A program made the position numbers and the translations under genes. From Eledone cirrhosa (Eukaryota), in contig OZ024742.1 of assembly GCA_964016885.1 (NCBI GenBank), positions 38,812,001 through 38,876,000 on the forward strand: a DNA stretch of 64,000 bases, given 5' to 3'. The notes below the pieces were generated by a model. That model saw nothing but the letters and a program-made list of their open reading frames with translations. It ran no database searches and was not told the origin of the DNA. Each line of letters begins with the position of its first letter. The stretch's first letter is position 1. Below, one piece after another: positions 52,299 to 64,000 of the stretch.

Positions 52299-55200
52299 TG
52301 GAGAGAGAGAGAGAGAAAGAGAGAGACGTTCAGAGAAAAGTTAGCAGAGAAACATTAATTATTAAAGAATTATGACGGCTAAGAAGCGAATTTTGGGATT
52401 TGGTTAGATTTGAAAATACGAAGTTTTTCGTTGTTACGCATTGATGGATCGTGAGTTGTTTCTGAAAACACGTGGCTTAATGATTAGAGTGTTCGGCCCC
52501 ACAATTGTAAAATCGTGAGTTCAGTTACCGATAGCGCCTACTGTCTACTCTCTCACTCACTTTCTCTTCTTTTCGCTCTCTATCTCTTTCCCCCCTCTCT
52601 TTCTTCTAGAGGAAATCGGCTCTTGAGAAAAATGGGCTCAGCCAGGTTTAAGTGCCTCTACGACTCCATGAGGACCAAGAGAGTCCCGTAAAACATATTT
52701 TTTACTATTTATTAAAAAAAAAAAAAATTGCTTGTGATTTCCCTAATCATCAATGAAAACCACGTGTGTAGAAACCACACCAACTGCCTAATCTAAGAGA
52801 AAATCTCTGAAGGCTGGAGCAAATAGGTAGACGCTACTGAAGTTACAACAGTTTTGGTATGCTTGTAAAGTAATCGTGGTTTAAACATAATGTTATATCG
52901 TCAAGGCTATCGATAGAGGGTCGGATATTTTTTCCGGGCTTCTGGGTTCGGAGTTCAAATCTCATCACTGTCCACATTCCCTTTCATCCTTTCATAAAGA
53001 AAGTACCAGCCCAGAGATAATGAAACCCTCTCTCCTTCTAGCAGTTACACCCTGGATGTTCTATGAGATAAAGGAAGAGAAGGTCGAGAGGGAGTCAATA
53101 TCCTCACAAGACTGCATGGGGACCTTTGCGAGGACGTGGTACATGCTTCCAAGTCATACTCTGTTGCTAGTGATGGCTGTAGTTGCATCGTAATAGCGTG
53201 TTAATGATGTATCTAGATATTTATAGATAGGCTCCGCATGTGGTTGTGAGGTTTCTCTGAGTTGGAGCAGAAGCCGACCATAAATTAGACTTGTTTTTTT
53301 ACTGAAAGGTGGATATAGACAGAACAGAGGATATTTTGGAAATAAGAAAAAACGAAATCTAATAAGGTATCTACAGTTCGTTTGGAACAACAAATCCCAA
53401 AGTCCATAATTTTGTTAACGTTTCAAGACTTTCTCGGTCTTATCATCAGGAGTATTATTGGGTTATTTTTTTACCGCTTCTTTTATTGTAGACATGTACT
53501 TTATGAAGTTATATGCAGTTCCTACTTCACCAGTATTCTACAGCTTTCAAATCAGAATTTGAAGAACTTCATATAATTTCTTAGAATACATATTTGCAGT
53601 ATGAGTGTGAACATGTGCTTTACAACCGTAAATATTAATATGTGTGTTTGTGTGTTGGTGTACACGAACTTATTTCGCATTAAAAAAACATACGCAATGT
53701 ATCCTTTTGTATATTTTCTATGCAAGTTAATCTGAGCTTAAGTTATCTATGAAAAGATTTGAGTTTTATGAATGTATACAAATATGTAAATATGTTTGTT
53801 AACCATTAAACCATCGATAGTACATTAATCATATACGCCTAATACATGCGACCAATTCTCAAACAGTTTTATATGAATATTTCATGAAGTTATCATTTTC
53901 CTAAAGTTTTATTATTTTATTTGTACATTTTTTGGTTTAAATGTTGAAATAGTTATTTCCCTTTTTCTTTTCATTATTTATTTCTTTGTTTTGTTTCGTT
54001 TTAAAAATATTTTTCTTCTTTTTTCAAATGGAAGAAATTCCAGCATATGCTATTTAAATGAAGATTTGAGTCCGTGGTAGGAATAAAATGTCAGATAAAG
54101 AGTGAATGGCAATATAAATAAATATATAAATACAGGGAAGGATATATACTTAGATATTCCACTTGATAAAATATTAAGATTTTGATGCGACTATATTATT
54201 AACCTTTAACCTTAAAAGGCAACAGTTTCCATTTAATAATGTAATGAGAGCGGTATGAAGTTTTACAATGAAAACCTGAGTTAGCACAAACTCTGAGGCG
54301 CACGGTTGAATAAATTATGACATCAACATTTCATTTCACCACATTCTGACTTTGAAATGGCGCCTCAGTTAACTTTGACTTTTATTATTTGGACTGGGGT
54401 GGGAGAAGATTGGTGCATTGGCTTAATTGTTAGAGAGTCGGACAAAATATTTTGCGGTATTTGTTTCGGCTCTATACGTTCTGAATTTAAATCCCGCCGA
54501 GGCTAGCTTTGCCTTTTATCCTTACGGGGTCGACTGTTCTCTTCTTCCTCAAATTTTTGGCGTTACGCTTATATACACAGAACATAAACGGCTGTAACTA
54601 AATAACGCAGAGCCATTTTGTTCGATATTAATGATACTGGCAATCTCTAAAGGTCAATATAATTCAATTTTTTAAACTTGTAGAAGACCAGGTGGTGAAT
54701 ATCCAGTCATTGGTGTATGTTCACCAAAATACCTGCTGATATTTGTCCCTCATTTCTTCGCTCTAAGAGGTCAATTTTGCCTTTCATCCTTTCAAGGTTA
54801 ATTAAATAAAATAGCAGTGGAAAGCAGTGGATTGGTGGACTCGTTAGAGTGTCAAACGATACGTATTTGCAATATTTGTTCTGGCTCTTTGTTCAAATGA
54901 TACCGTTCTGGCCTACTTAGGTGATACATTCGTCGTCCTCTTTCACACCAATACCTGGCCTTTCGGTACTATTAGCTGAGGTGATTATATTACAAGGCTT
55001 CGAGCCATGTCTTTGATTAAAGGATATCTTCCTCTTTACTTCCCACAGACCTCGAAAAGAGTCACTGGCATTGCCCTTCTCTCCCTGACACCCCTCCCAA
55101 CAAATCATATTACTAGTCAACCTTTTATTTATTTGTTATTTGGTTTTACTTTCCTCTCAAAGTTATATTTCTTCAGAGAATAAATATATTTAATTTCTTT

Positions 55201-55634
55201 TTTTTTTTCATCTTCACTTTTATTTCTTGTATATCAGAAATGTTCTAGAAGGCAGCTTAGGTTAAGAGCATTATCTTTTTATTATCTGTCGAGTCTAATA
55301 TATCAATATTTACGTCAACTTATTTGCCAAACTTTTGCTTATATATATATCTTTTTCTTTTTTCTTCATGAAATGTACACACTACTAAATTATATAGCAT
55401 TTTGTAGGCTGAACCCATTATTGTAAACATATATTTGATAATAAAATAAATTATTTGTCTATCACCTATCAAACAATCAGTTACATACCGTATATTTAGT
55501 TATCAACTAAATTAATTCAAGGCACAGACATGGCTGTATTGTTAAGGTGTTAGCTTCGCAATCCCCTGGCATCTTGGACAAGTTTCTTCTATCATAGCCT
55601 TGGTTGGCCAATCCCTTGTGAGTGGCATTAGGTG

Positions 55635-55667
<33 letters not shown>

Positions 55668-55668
<1 letters not shown>

Positions 55669-55846
55669 ACGAAGGAAATGTGGTACGGAACCAGATGGAC
55701 CATAACACACCAAAGTACTCAATACTTAGGGTAGTAGAGTGGGTAATAGGAACGAGTAGGACCCCGACGGCTGAGCTCAAGCCGTTTCGACAGCTAATTC
55801 TGGACTAAAAATCTTTAAAAATCCGTCGAAACGGCTTCTACTCGTT

Positions 55847-55850
<4 letters not shown>
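55668..55850. mobile_element. Asymmetric fold-back of the 24317-24437 HHR family in (TA)n
   Basis: 55825-55850 is an internally deleted inverted copy of 55746-55791; tail 55668-55745. Confidence 0.7.
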
Positions 55851-55933
<83 letters not shown>

Positions 55934-56572
55934 AAGATAACACACGAGAGAGAGTATGTGTTTATCAATGTACAGGGAAAATCACCAGTGTATGGAATCT
56001 ATAAACTAAGAAAAGTGAGGTAGATGCATAATAATTAAAAATATAAATCAGAATGAATTTACCCACTTTTATAACTATATACCACACACGTACAAACTCA
56101 GAGATTTGTTTCGCCAAAAGATTAGTGTATGGAAAGAAACACCCAGGTTCATCAGCGTGCGTGTTAAGTGAATACATTCCATACAACTCTAAGAGAACTT
56201 AAGATAACCGCCTTGAAATACGTGGTAGAGGGAAGGAAATGTATGCATGGGACAGTAAACTAGTGGGTTGGGTTGTATGAGCCGCTAGAAAACGCAGCTC
56301 AAATAAGGGAGCTCGACATAAACAGAGAGAGTGAGAGAGAAGACTGTTATTAGGACCTATATATCAAAATAAATTAACGGAGTCATAAACTCACGTTGGT
56401 CCCTATAATTTATGAGGTGAAAGGAAAGAGAATCCTGGGCTCTTCAAATATAAAATATAGAAAAGACAATACACGAGAGAGAGTGTGCGTTAGTCAATGT
56501 ACAGGGAAAACCACCAGTGTATGGAATTCTTTTGAGCTCATAAATTACAGGGACCAACGTGAGTTTATTTTG

Positions 56573-56603
<31 letters not shown>

Positions 56604-56842
56604 ATACAAGGACGATTTCTTAAGCCTTCATTACATTTATTGATTGGTGACGCGCGTTTCGCTATTGATCAGCTTAAGTATCGATCTGGCCCGACTCTGG
56701 ATATATATATCACTATGTTAGGTTGTTTACCAATGGGTAGAATTGGCGGTTCAGGTTGGTAAACAACGATGCAGCAAATTAATTAAAGCACTCAACGTAA
56801 TGTAAATCATCCATCGTAGATGTGGCATCCAGTGGTTGGTGC

Positions 56843-56931
<89 letters not shown>

Positions 56932-57217
56932 CGTGTGTTTGTGTGTGTGTCCACATATATATTCATATTAGTATGCACTGGGTTTAATATGATCGACTAC
57001 ATCAAGATGGTGCACTAACTAGCCACAGTCTAAAGACTAAAACAAGTAAAGGAGTAAAATACATACATACGTCATCGTATAATATATTACAAAGTTGGGT
57101 AAGGCATCGGATGAAATGTTCCGCTATTTGTTCCGGCTCATTGCTCTCTAATTTTAAATTCCACCGAGGCCAACTTTGCTTTTCATCTTTCAAAGTCGAT
57201 GGGATCGATTCTTGTTG

Positions 57218-57311
<94 letters not shown>

Positions 57312-57654
57312 CTCTCTTTGTATCTCTGAAAGAAAATGGTTGTGTTCAAACCTAGAGAGAGATGGGTTCTGACAGGTTTCAAATTTGTCAGGACGACGCC
57401 CTTACGACGTCACAAGGAGTTATGTAGCCTTTCCTTAGTTTAATATAGTGTTACAAAATGCATTCAATCTTCTATAACTGATGGCTGAATATTAGGACTA
57501 ATGCCAAAATTATATAAAAAGTGGTGTTGACTGAGATGTAGCTAGGAAACCCGCAATATTTAGTGGGAGACAATTTATTTAGTTTTTGCTACTATCATAA
57601 ATAATATGCAAGATCCCGATGAAATTTTTATGCAAGCTTGATACGCCCCAGGGT

Positions 57655-58390
57655 TCATCAGCACAAAGTTTATCCTGAAGCCGAGGTAAGTGAACTGATG
57701 GACGACATCAAACTCGTAATGGTCGATTTTTATGTCTGGTGTTGTCTCTGTGTCCTGTCCCAAGATATTTATCTTTTTAAAGTTGGTGGTCAGTCCGAAT
57801 TTCCTGCAAGCCTGGAAGAAGCAGTCCATCAGTATCTGGAGTTCCTTCTAAAAGTGTGTCGCAACCGCATCATTGGCAAAGAGCATGTCTCTGATGAGTG
57901 TCATGCACACCTTTGTCCTCGCTCTGAAGAGGGCGAGGTTGAACAGCCTGCCGTCCAATCTAGTGTGCAGGAAGATTCCTGCCGTTGCAGAACCGAATGC
58001 ACACCTCAGGAGCAGAACGAAGAAAATCCCAAAGAGTGTGGACGCAAGGACGCAGTCTTGTTTGACACTACTGAGAATACTGAATGGCTCTGAGGTGCTC
58101 CCGTTAAACTGCACCGTCCCCTTCACGTCGGTGTGAAAAGCTTCTATTATGTTCTGAAGTCTCGGTGGGCAGCTAATTTTTGGGAGGGAGGATCTCAAAA
58201 ATGCAGTCTCTTCTGACCAGGTCGAACGCCTTAGTGAGGACGATGAAAGCAACATACAGTGGCATGTTCTGTTCCCTGCACTTCCCTTGGAGTTGACGAA
58301 GGGAGAAGATCACGTCCACTGTTGATCTCTCAGCTCGGAAACCGCACTGGGATTCTGGGTAGACACCATCTGCAAGCTTCTGCAGGCAGA
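57655..58390 (-). pseudogene. RTE/BovB-like LINE RT fragment
   Basis: SSVKQDCVLASTLFGIFF, IRDMLFANDA, FQACRKFGLTTNFKK, VHQFTYLG. Confidence 0.85.
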
Positions 58391-58454
58391 TGAAAATGAC
58401 TCATGCGAATACTCTGCCGACGATTCTGCCGACGGCTCACAGCATCTCCTGATT

Positions 58455-58745
58455 CTTCGCCTCAACACCACCGTAGTCCTCGTTACCTTTATCAGCGTAT
58501 ATTCCCCGACACGGTTTTCCACAACAGACACAAAGGACGAGTTCTATGAGAACCTTGCATCCACCATCAGCAACATCCTCAGCAAGGAACAACTTGTTCT
58601 CCTGGGAGATTTCAATGCCAGGGTGAGTGCAGATTACGACTCGTGGCTCTTTTGCCTTGGACAGTTTGCTGTGGGAAAAATGAACGACAACAGACAGCAC
58701 CTTCTCGATAGGTGCACCCACCACAACCTGTGCATCACCAATTCT
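58455..58745 (+). pseudogene. RTE-like apurinic endonuclease fragment, inverted relative to the adjacent RT
   Basis: Own translation: TFISVYSPT..KDEFYENL..LVLLGDFNARV..GKMNDNRQHLL..HNLCITNS. Confidence 0.85.
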
Positions 58746-59860
58746 CTATATGCTGTATCTAAGGTAAGTCAGTTTTGGCTAGGACCATATCTCTGTTAGC
58801 GATATTTAAGCGAAGATTTGTTGTTGTTGCTGTTGGTGGTGGGGGAAGGTAGAGATGGTAGTGGTGATGTTGACGGTAATGGTGATGGTGATGGAGGTAG
58901 TGGTGGTGGTCATGGTGATGGTGGCGGGGAGTTGTTTATGGTTCTTACCTATAAACACAGTTCAAAGTGGCAATGAAATACGAAACTTGGATTCTTTGTC
59001 AGAGGACCCAACATCTCATCAACTGTGCCACCAGATCAGGCCGTGTCTAATACCTAGAAAATCCATTTTTGTGGATTCTTAAACCCTGATCGAATTTTAG
59101 AAACACCGTCAAGACATACAGCATGTCTTGGGCATTTAAAACCTGGCGGAGTTCATCCCCCTCCAAGTCTGATCGTAAACGATTTTTATTTGAGAAATGG
59201 TACGCGTGAGAGAAAGAGAGGGGGGGGGGGGGGAATTAAAATATGGATTAAATTAGGAGTATACATACTGACCAAAGTGACAAGTAAAGTGTAAGAGTGA
59301 TAAAAGGTCGAACAAAGGCCGGAGACAGAGAAAGAATCGACCCCGGCACTGAATTGGAACACTTTATATCGACCGTGCGGAAATCGAGTAGAGCGCAGTG
59401 AACCGGAACGAATACTGCATAGTATACTGACCGACGTTATAACCACATTGTCAATTTGCCAATACGGGAGTTGTTGTGGTGGTGAGGGTTCTATGAATGT
59501 TTTAACTTTCCTTTGTATTCACTTATGCCTCTAATATTTGGTTAAAATTGATAAAACCTAAAACACGTATTTGTTTTCTCTTCAAGATATTTCGCTATAG
59601 CCATCTTCTTGTGTATTAAGCCCATTAAATATTTTGTGTTGGACATTTTATTGAATCATCACAGGACAAATTTACAATATAATGTCTAAAGACGAAACTA
59701 ATCGAATATTTCCTACGTGATTTATATTTTGTTTACATTTATTTATTGGTTTATTTATTTATTCACAAAATGGCATGTTTTTGTAATATATATATATACA
59801 GTATATATATATATATATATATTACAAAAACATGCCATCTATATGTGTGTGTGTGTATAA

Positions 59861-59907
<47 letters not shown>

Positions 59908-59991
59908 TAAGTTATTCCGGGTTGAATCGGAGGTAACCACAGTAAGTAAGGTACTCAATACATAGCAGAGTATAAAGTTTTAATAGAGATG

Positions 59992-60042
59992 AGATTCTAC
60001 AGGACTAGAACTGTTTCATTCTTTAGAAATCATCAGGAATCT
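59992..60042 (-). ncRNA. Type I hammerhead ribozyme (left arm)
   Basis: Reverse complement of 60794-60844. Confidence 0.85.
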
Positions 60043-60486
60043 AGCTGTCCAAAATAAGTGTTGTGGTATTTATATCTTTTCAGGTGGTAGGAGAGGGTGG
60101 GGAGTGGGATGGGTGGAGGTCATTGGTTGAAAGAAAAGGGAATTCATTAAAAGCTAATACTTTAAGGCAATAATTTATATTTAGAGTGACAAAGGCAGAA
60201 AGAATTCTATAAACAAGTTCAAATTGGAGTGCCACTCCTTATTTTTAAGTTTCTCTTAAGCTAACAATGCCTATATTTCAGGTGTCTATAAGAGGGTTGG
60301 GGGTCGGACATGGTTGATGGATTTAAAGAAAAGGGAAATTCTTTAAAAGCTAATTCTTTAAAGCTCTACTTAGAGTGACAAAGGCCAAGAGAATTCTATA
60401 AACCAGTTCAAATATTGGGTGCCTATCATTATTGTCATGTTTCTCTTAAGCTATATTCCAGGTGTCAACAGACACACACACACACA

Positions 60487-60622
<136 letters not shown>

Positions 60623-60793
60623 AATATACACATATACAAACATATACAAACAATTCTACAGATATACACATATATACACATATACAAAATGAATTCCCTT
60701 TTCTTTCAACCAATGACCTCCACCCATCCCAATCTCCACCCTCTCCTACCACCTGAAAAGATATAAATACCACAACATTTATTTTGGACAGCC

Positions 60794-60844
60794 AGATTCC
60801 TGATGATTTCTAAAGAATGAAACAGTTCTAGTCCTGTAGAATCT
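60794..60844 (+). ncRNA. Type I hammerhead ribozyme (right arm)
   Basis: AGAUUC-CUGAUGA-U-UUC uaaa GAA-U-GAAA-CAG uucuaguc CUG-UA^GAAUCU: all three stems and the core present. Confidence 0.85.
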
Positions 60845-62069
60845 CATCTATATTAAAACTATATATATATATATATTAGTAGAACACTGGTAGGTTATAT
60901 CCGTAGTAGTAAAGCACTCAGTCTATGTGACGAGTTTGGTAGAAGTAGTTCCACAACAGTTAATTCGTCATTTCCGAGAACTTATTTGGTAATTACTTTA
61001 ATGAATAATTTGCTTCATGCGTAATTATTATTTTTAACATAATAGGATTTGTACACATGCTTGTTTGAAAAATATCTTTCAAAGAAAGTCTTTTGTACTG
61101 TATATTATAATGAATTACTGTATTTTGAGCTGTTTGAACTTCTCCACCTACCTCCTTCCAATTTTTGATATTGTTTTTATAAAAAACAATATTTTTTTTC
61201 ATATATATATATATATATATATAATGGCTGCAAACTCTGCTAAGAGTATTGCAATCGCTAGTTATATTATAGAGTTTGGTGCACTTTTAGGCTACAGCCA
61301 GCCACACGAACCTGTAACATATCCTGAACAAGCAATGCCTGTGCTTTGAAGGATTTTTTAAGTGGGGAAAGGCCTTGTACTCGACTAATCCCACTCTCTG
61401 AACATCGAAAACACTACCCGAAAAGGAGAACTAGTCGACATCATCGGATGCTTCCGAAGCCGTAGGTTTTTTTCAGAGTTTCCCTCTCCTAGATCCCCCT
61501 TTCCAAAAATATATGATAGTGAAAATAGCTGGAATCAGTGGTTGTACATTATACTAAATCTAAAGCTTAGTGTATTCATCCATGCGTGCAAATATACATA
61601 TATAGACGCACACAAGCATATATATAATTTGATTGCACTGTTTTGTTTCCACTTATGTATCTTTTTGAAAATGATAGCATCCTATATGTAGGTGGGCCCC
61701 ACATTTTTAGACCTAGTCCGCCACTGTATATATATATATATATGTCTGACAGACAACCTTTTCCCCCACCCCGGAAAAAAACCCCAGTTGATGGATGTGA
61801 ATCCGAAATATATAGGGACTATTAAATCTCTCCCAAGGTAACTCTCTCTTGTGTTGTTATTTTTATTTTATCCTTTATACTCTTCCCTTCATTCTACACA
61901 TATCACACATCTTATGCACACCACGCATCTCAACATACACCCACTTACATCTCTCTCTCCACCACCGGACCTTGTTACCCGGAGATTTACCCATTTGCAT
62001 TGTCGAGGCTTCCAAACGACTTAAAGATATTTACTTATTGTTCCACAATGCTTCAAGCAAACTTCAATA

Positions 62070-62165
<96 letters not shown>

Positions 62166-62254
62166 GCCAATTATTGAATGTTCGAATCTAACTGACATGC
62201 AAAAACATATATATAGGAATAAGGTAACCTCAAATCATAGTAGATTCAAATATC

Positions 62255-62345
<91 letters not shown>

Positions 62346-62450
62346 GGGTGGTGGTGGAACAGAAATGAAACATGGATAACAGGTTAAAATATAGTCTAGA
62401 TAGATGTGAAGCAAAACGAGGATGTAGTTTATGGAACACCCAAATGATTT

Positions 62451-62903
62451 AGAAGTCGACCTTAAGTAGGAGCAATAACATTAAAAAAGGTATGAACGAT
62501 ACCGCAACACATTGTTTTGAAAATGTTGAAAGTAGGTTTATAAGTATGAATTTTTATGAGGTGTCTTAGTTGTCTCGTTGGTCTAGTGGTAGGTAGTAGA
62601 GCCGGTGGAGATCCTGGTTTTTGATTCAATCCTGGTCAAGAAGTACGTGTAACCTTTTTCAATTTTTATTTTACAACGAATAGAAAAAAGCTGAAAAGGT
62701 TTACCGGGAACCCTTCTCCCGGCCAGGATCGAACTTCAGACCAGGATTACCACCCTCTATAATTCCTCCTACTAGGCCACCGAGACAACTATAAAAGTAC
62801 AACGAAAATTGATAATTGTAAACCTACTTTATCAAAATCAAAGTTAAAAAGGTTTGGTATCGTTCATGGCTAGAACTATTAATAATATTTAGGGTCGACT
62901 TCT
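62451..62903. repeat. Old, diverged fold-back element with tRNA-like A/B boxes in each arm
   Basis: AGAAGTCGACC..ATGAACGATACC..AAAGTAGGTTTA..TAGTTGTCTCG mirrored on the right; TGGTCTAGTGG (62579) and GATTCAATCC (62623). Confidence 0.7.
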
Positions 62904-63063
62904 GGTTATTATTGAAAGTCTCTGGATTTCGCAAAATACATAATATTTTTTATTGGAGAAGGTAAGATATTTTTCCGCAAAAAATTGATTGCGCTGTTTT
63001 GTTTCCACTTATGTATTTTGCGAAAATGTTATTTATTTATTATAAAAATTAAATGATAGCATC

Positions 63064-64000
63064 CTATATGTAGGAGGGCATCTCCTGGCAACCAATATAC
63101 AACACGTTTTCATTGATATTGCCATTAGTAGGAGGCAATTCTATATGTAGGAGGGCATCTCCTGGCAACCAATGTACAACACGTTTTCATTGATATTGCC
63201 ATTAGTAGGAGGCAATTCTATATGTAGGAGGGCATCTCCTGGCAACCAATATACAACACGTTTTCATTGATATTGCCATTAGTAGGAGGCAATTCTATAT
63301 GTAGGAGGGCATCTCCTGGCAACCAATACACAACACGTTTTCATTGATATTGCCATTAGTAGGAGGCAATTCTATATGTAGGAGGGCATCTCCTGGCAAC
63401 CAATACACAACACGTTTTCATTGATATTGCCATTAGTAGGAGGCAATTCTATATGTAGGAGGGCATCTCCTGGCAACCAATGTACAACACGTTTTCATTG
63501 ATATTGCCATTAGTAGGAGGCAATTCTATATGTAGGAGGGCATCTCCTGGCAACCAATACACAACACGTTTTCATTGATATTGTCATTAGTAGGAGGCAA
63601 TTCTATATGTAGGAGGGCATCTCCTGGCAACCAATACACAACACGTTTTCATTGATATTGTCATTAGTAGGAGGCAATTCTATATGTAGGAGGGCATCTC
63701 CTGGCAACCAATACACAACACGTTTTCATTGATATTGTCATTAGTAGGAGGCAATTCTATATGTAGGAGGGCATCTCCTGGCAACCAATACACAACACGT
63801 TTTCATTGATATTGCCATTAGTAGGAGGCAATTCTATATGTAGGAGGGCATCTCCTGGCAACCAATACACAACACGTTTTCATTGATATTGCCATTAGTA
63901 GGAGGCAATTCTATATGTAGGAGGGCATCTCCTGGCAACCAATATACAACACGTTTTCATTGATATTGCCATTAGTAGGAGGCAATTCTATATGTAGGAG
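63064..64000. repeat. 77-bp tandem satellite, more than 12 copies, runs off the window end
   Basis: Unit CTATATGTAGGAGGGCATCTCCTGGCAACCAATACACAACACGTTTTCATTGATATTGCCATTAGTAGGAGGCAATT with only a few SNPs. Confidence 0.97.

Noticed and set aside
63064-64000. CRISPR array
   Set aside because: Units are contiguous and near-identical with no unique spacers; no cas genes; eukaryotic context.

Overview
Repeat-saturated, AT-rich animal (eukaryotic) genomic DNA with no recognisable host exon. The microsatellite load and Nin/Deu-domain tRNA-SINEs suggest a cephalopod such as an octopus; this is inference. The dominant feature is a young Penelope-like retroelement (PLE; RT plus C-terminal GIY-YIG endonuclease) present as a 6.4-kb asymmetric palindrome inside a (TA)n tract. 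Its arms are 168-2960 and 3785-6577 (about 99.5% identical by eye) around an 824-bp spacer that encodes an Asn-rich N-terminus, and both arms are still open reading frames. The same architecture recurs at least 8 more times in small, non-coding elements of several unrelated sequence families: head-to-head inverted arms, 3' ends pointing outwards into (TA)n, and one arm carrying an extra 40-100 bp tail. Many of these carry type I hammerhead-ribozyme (HHR) motifs, and the tails of several otherwise unrelated families share a GAGTRCY motif about 30-55 nt from the 3' end. Also present are decayed mariner, RTE, R2/NeSL-type and CRE-type fragments, a non-autonomous Helitron, a MITE with 6-bp TSDs, an RTE-derived SINE-like family with an HDV-like fold that sits in (TATG)n/(TA)n, tRNA-SINEs and a 77-bp satellite. 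All alignments and RNA folds were done by eye and need computational confirmation.
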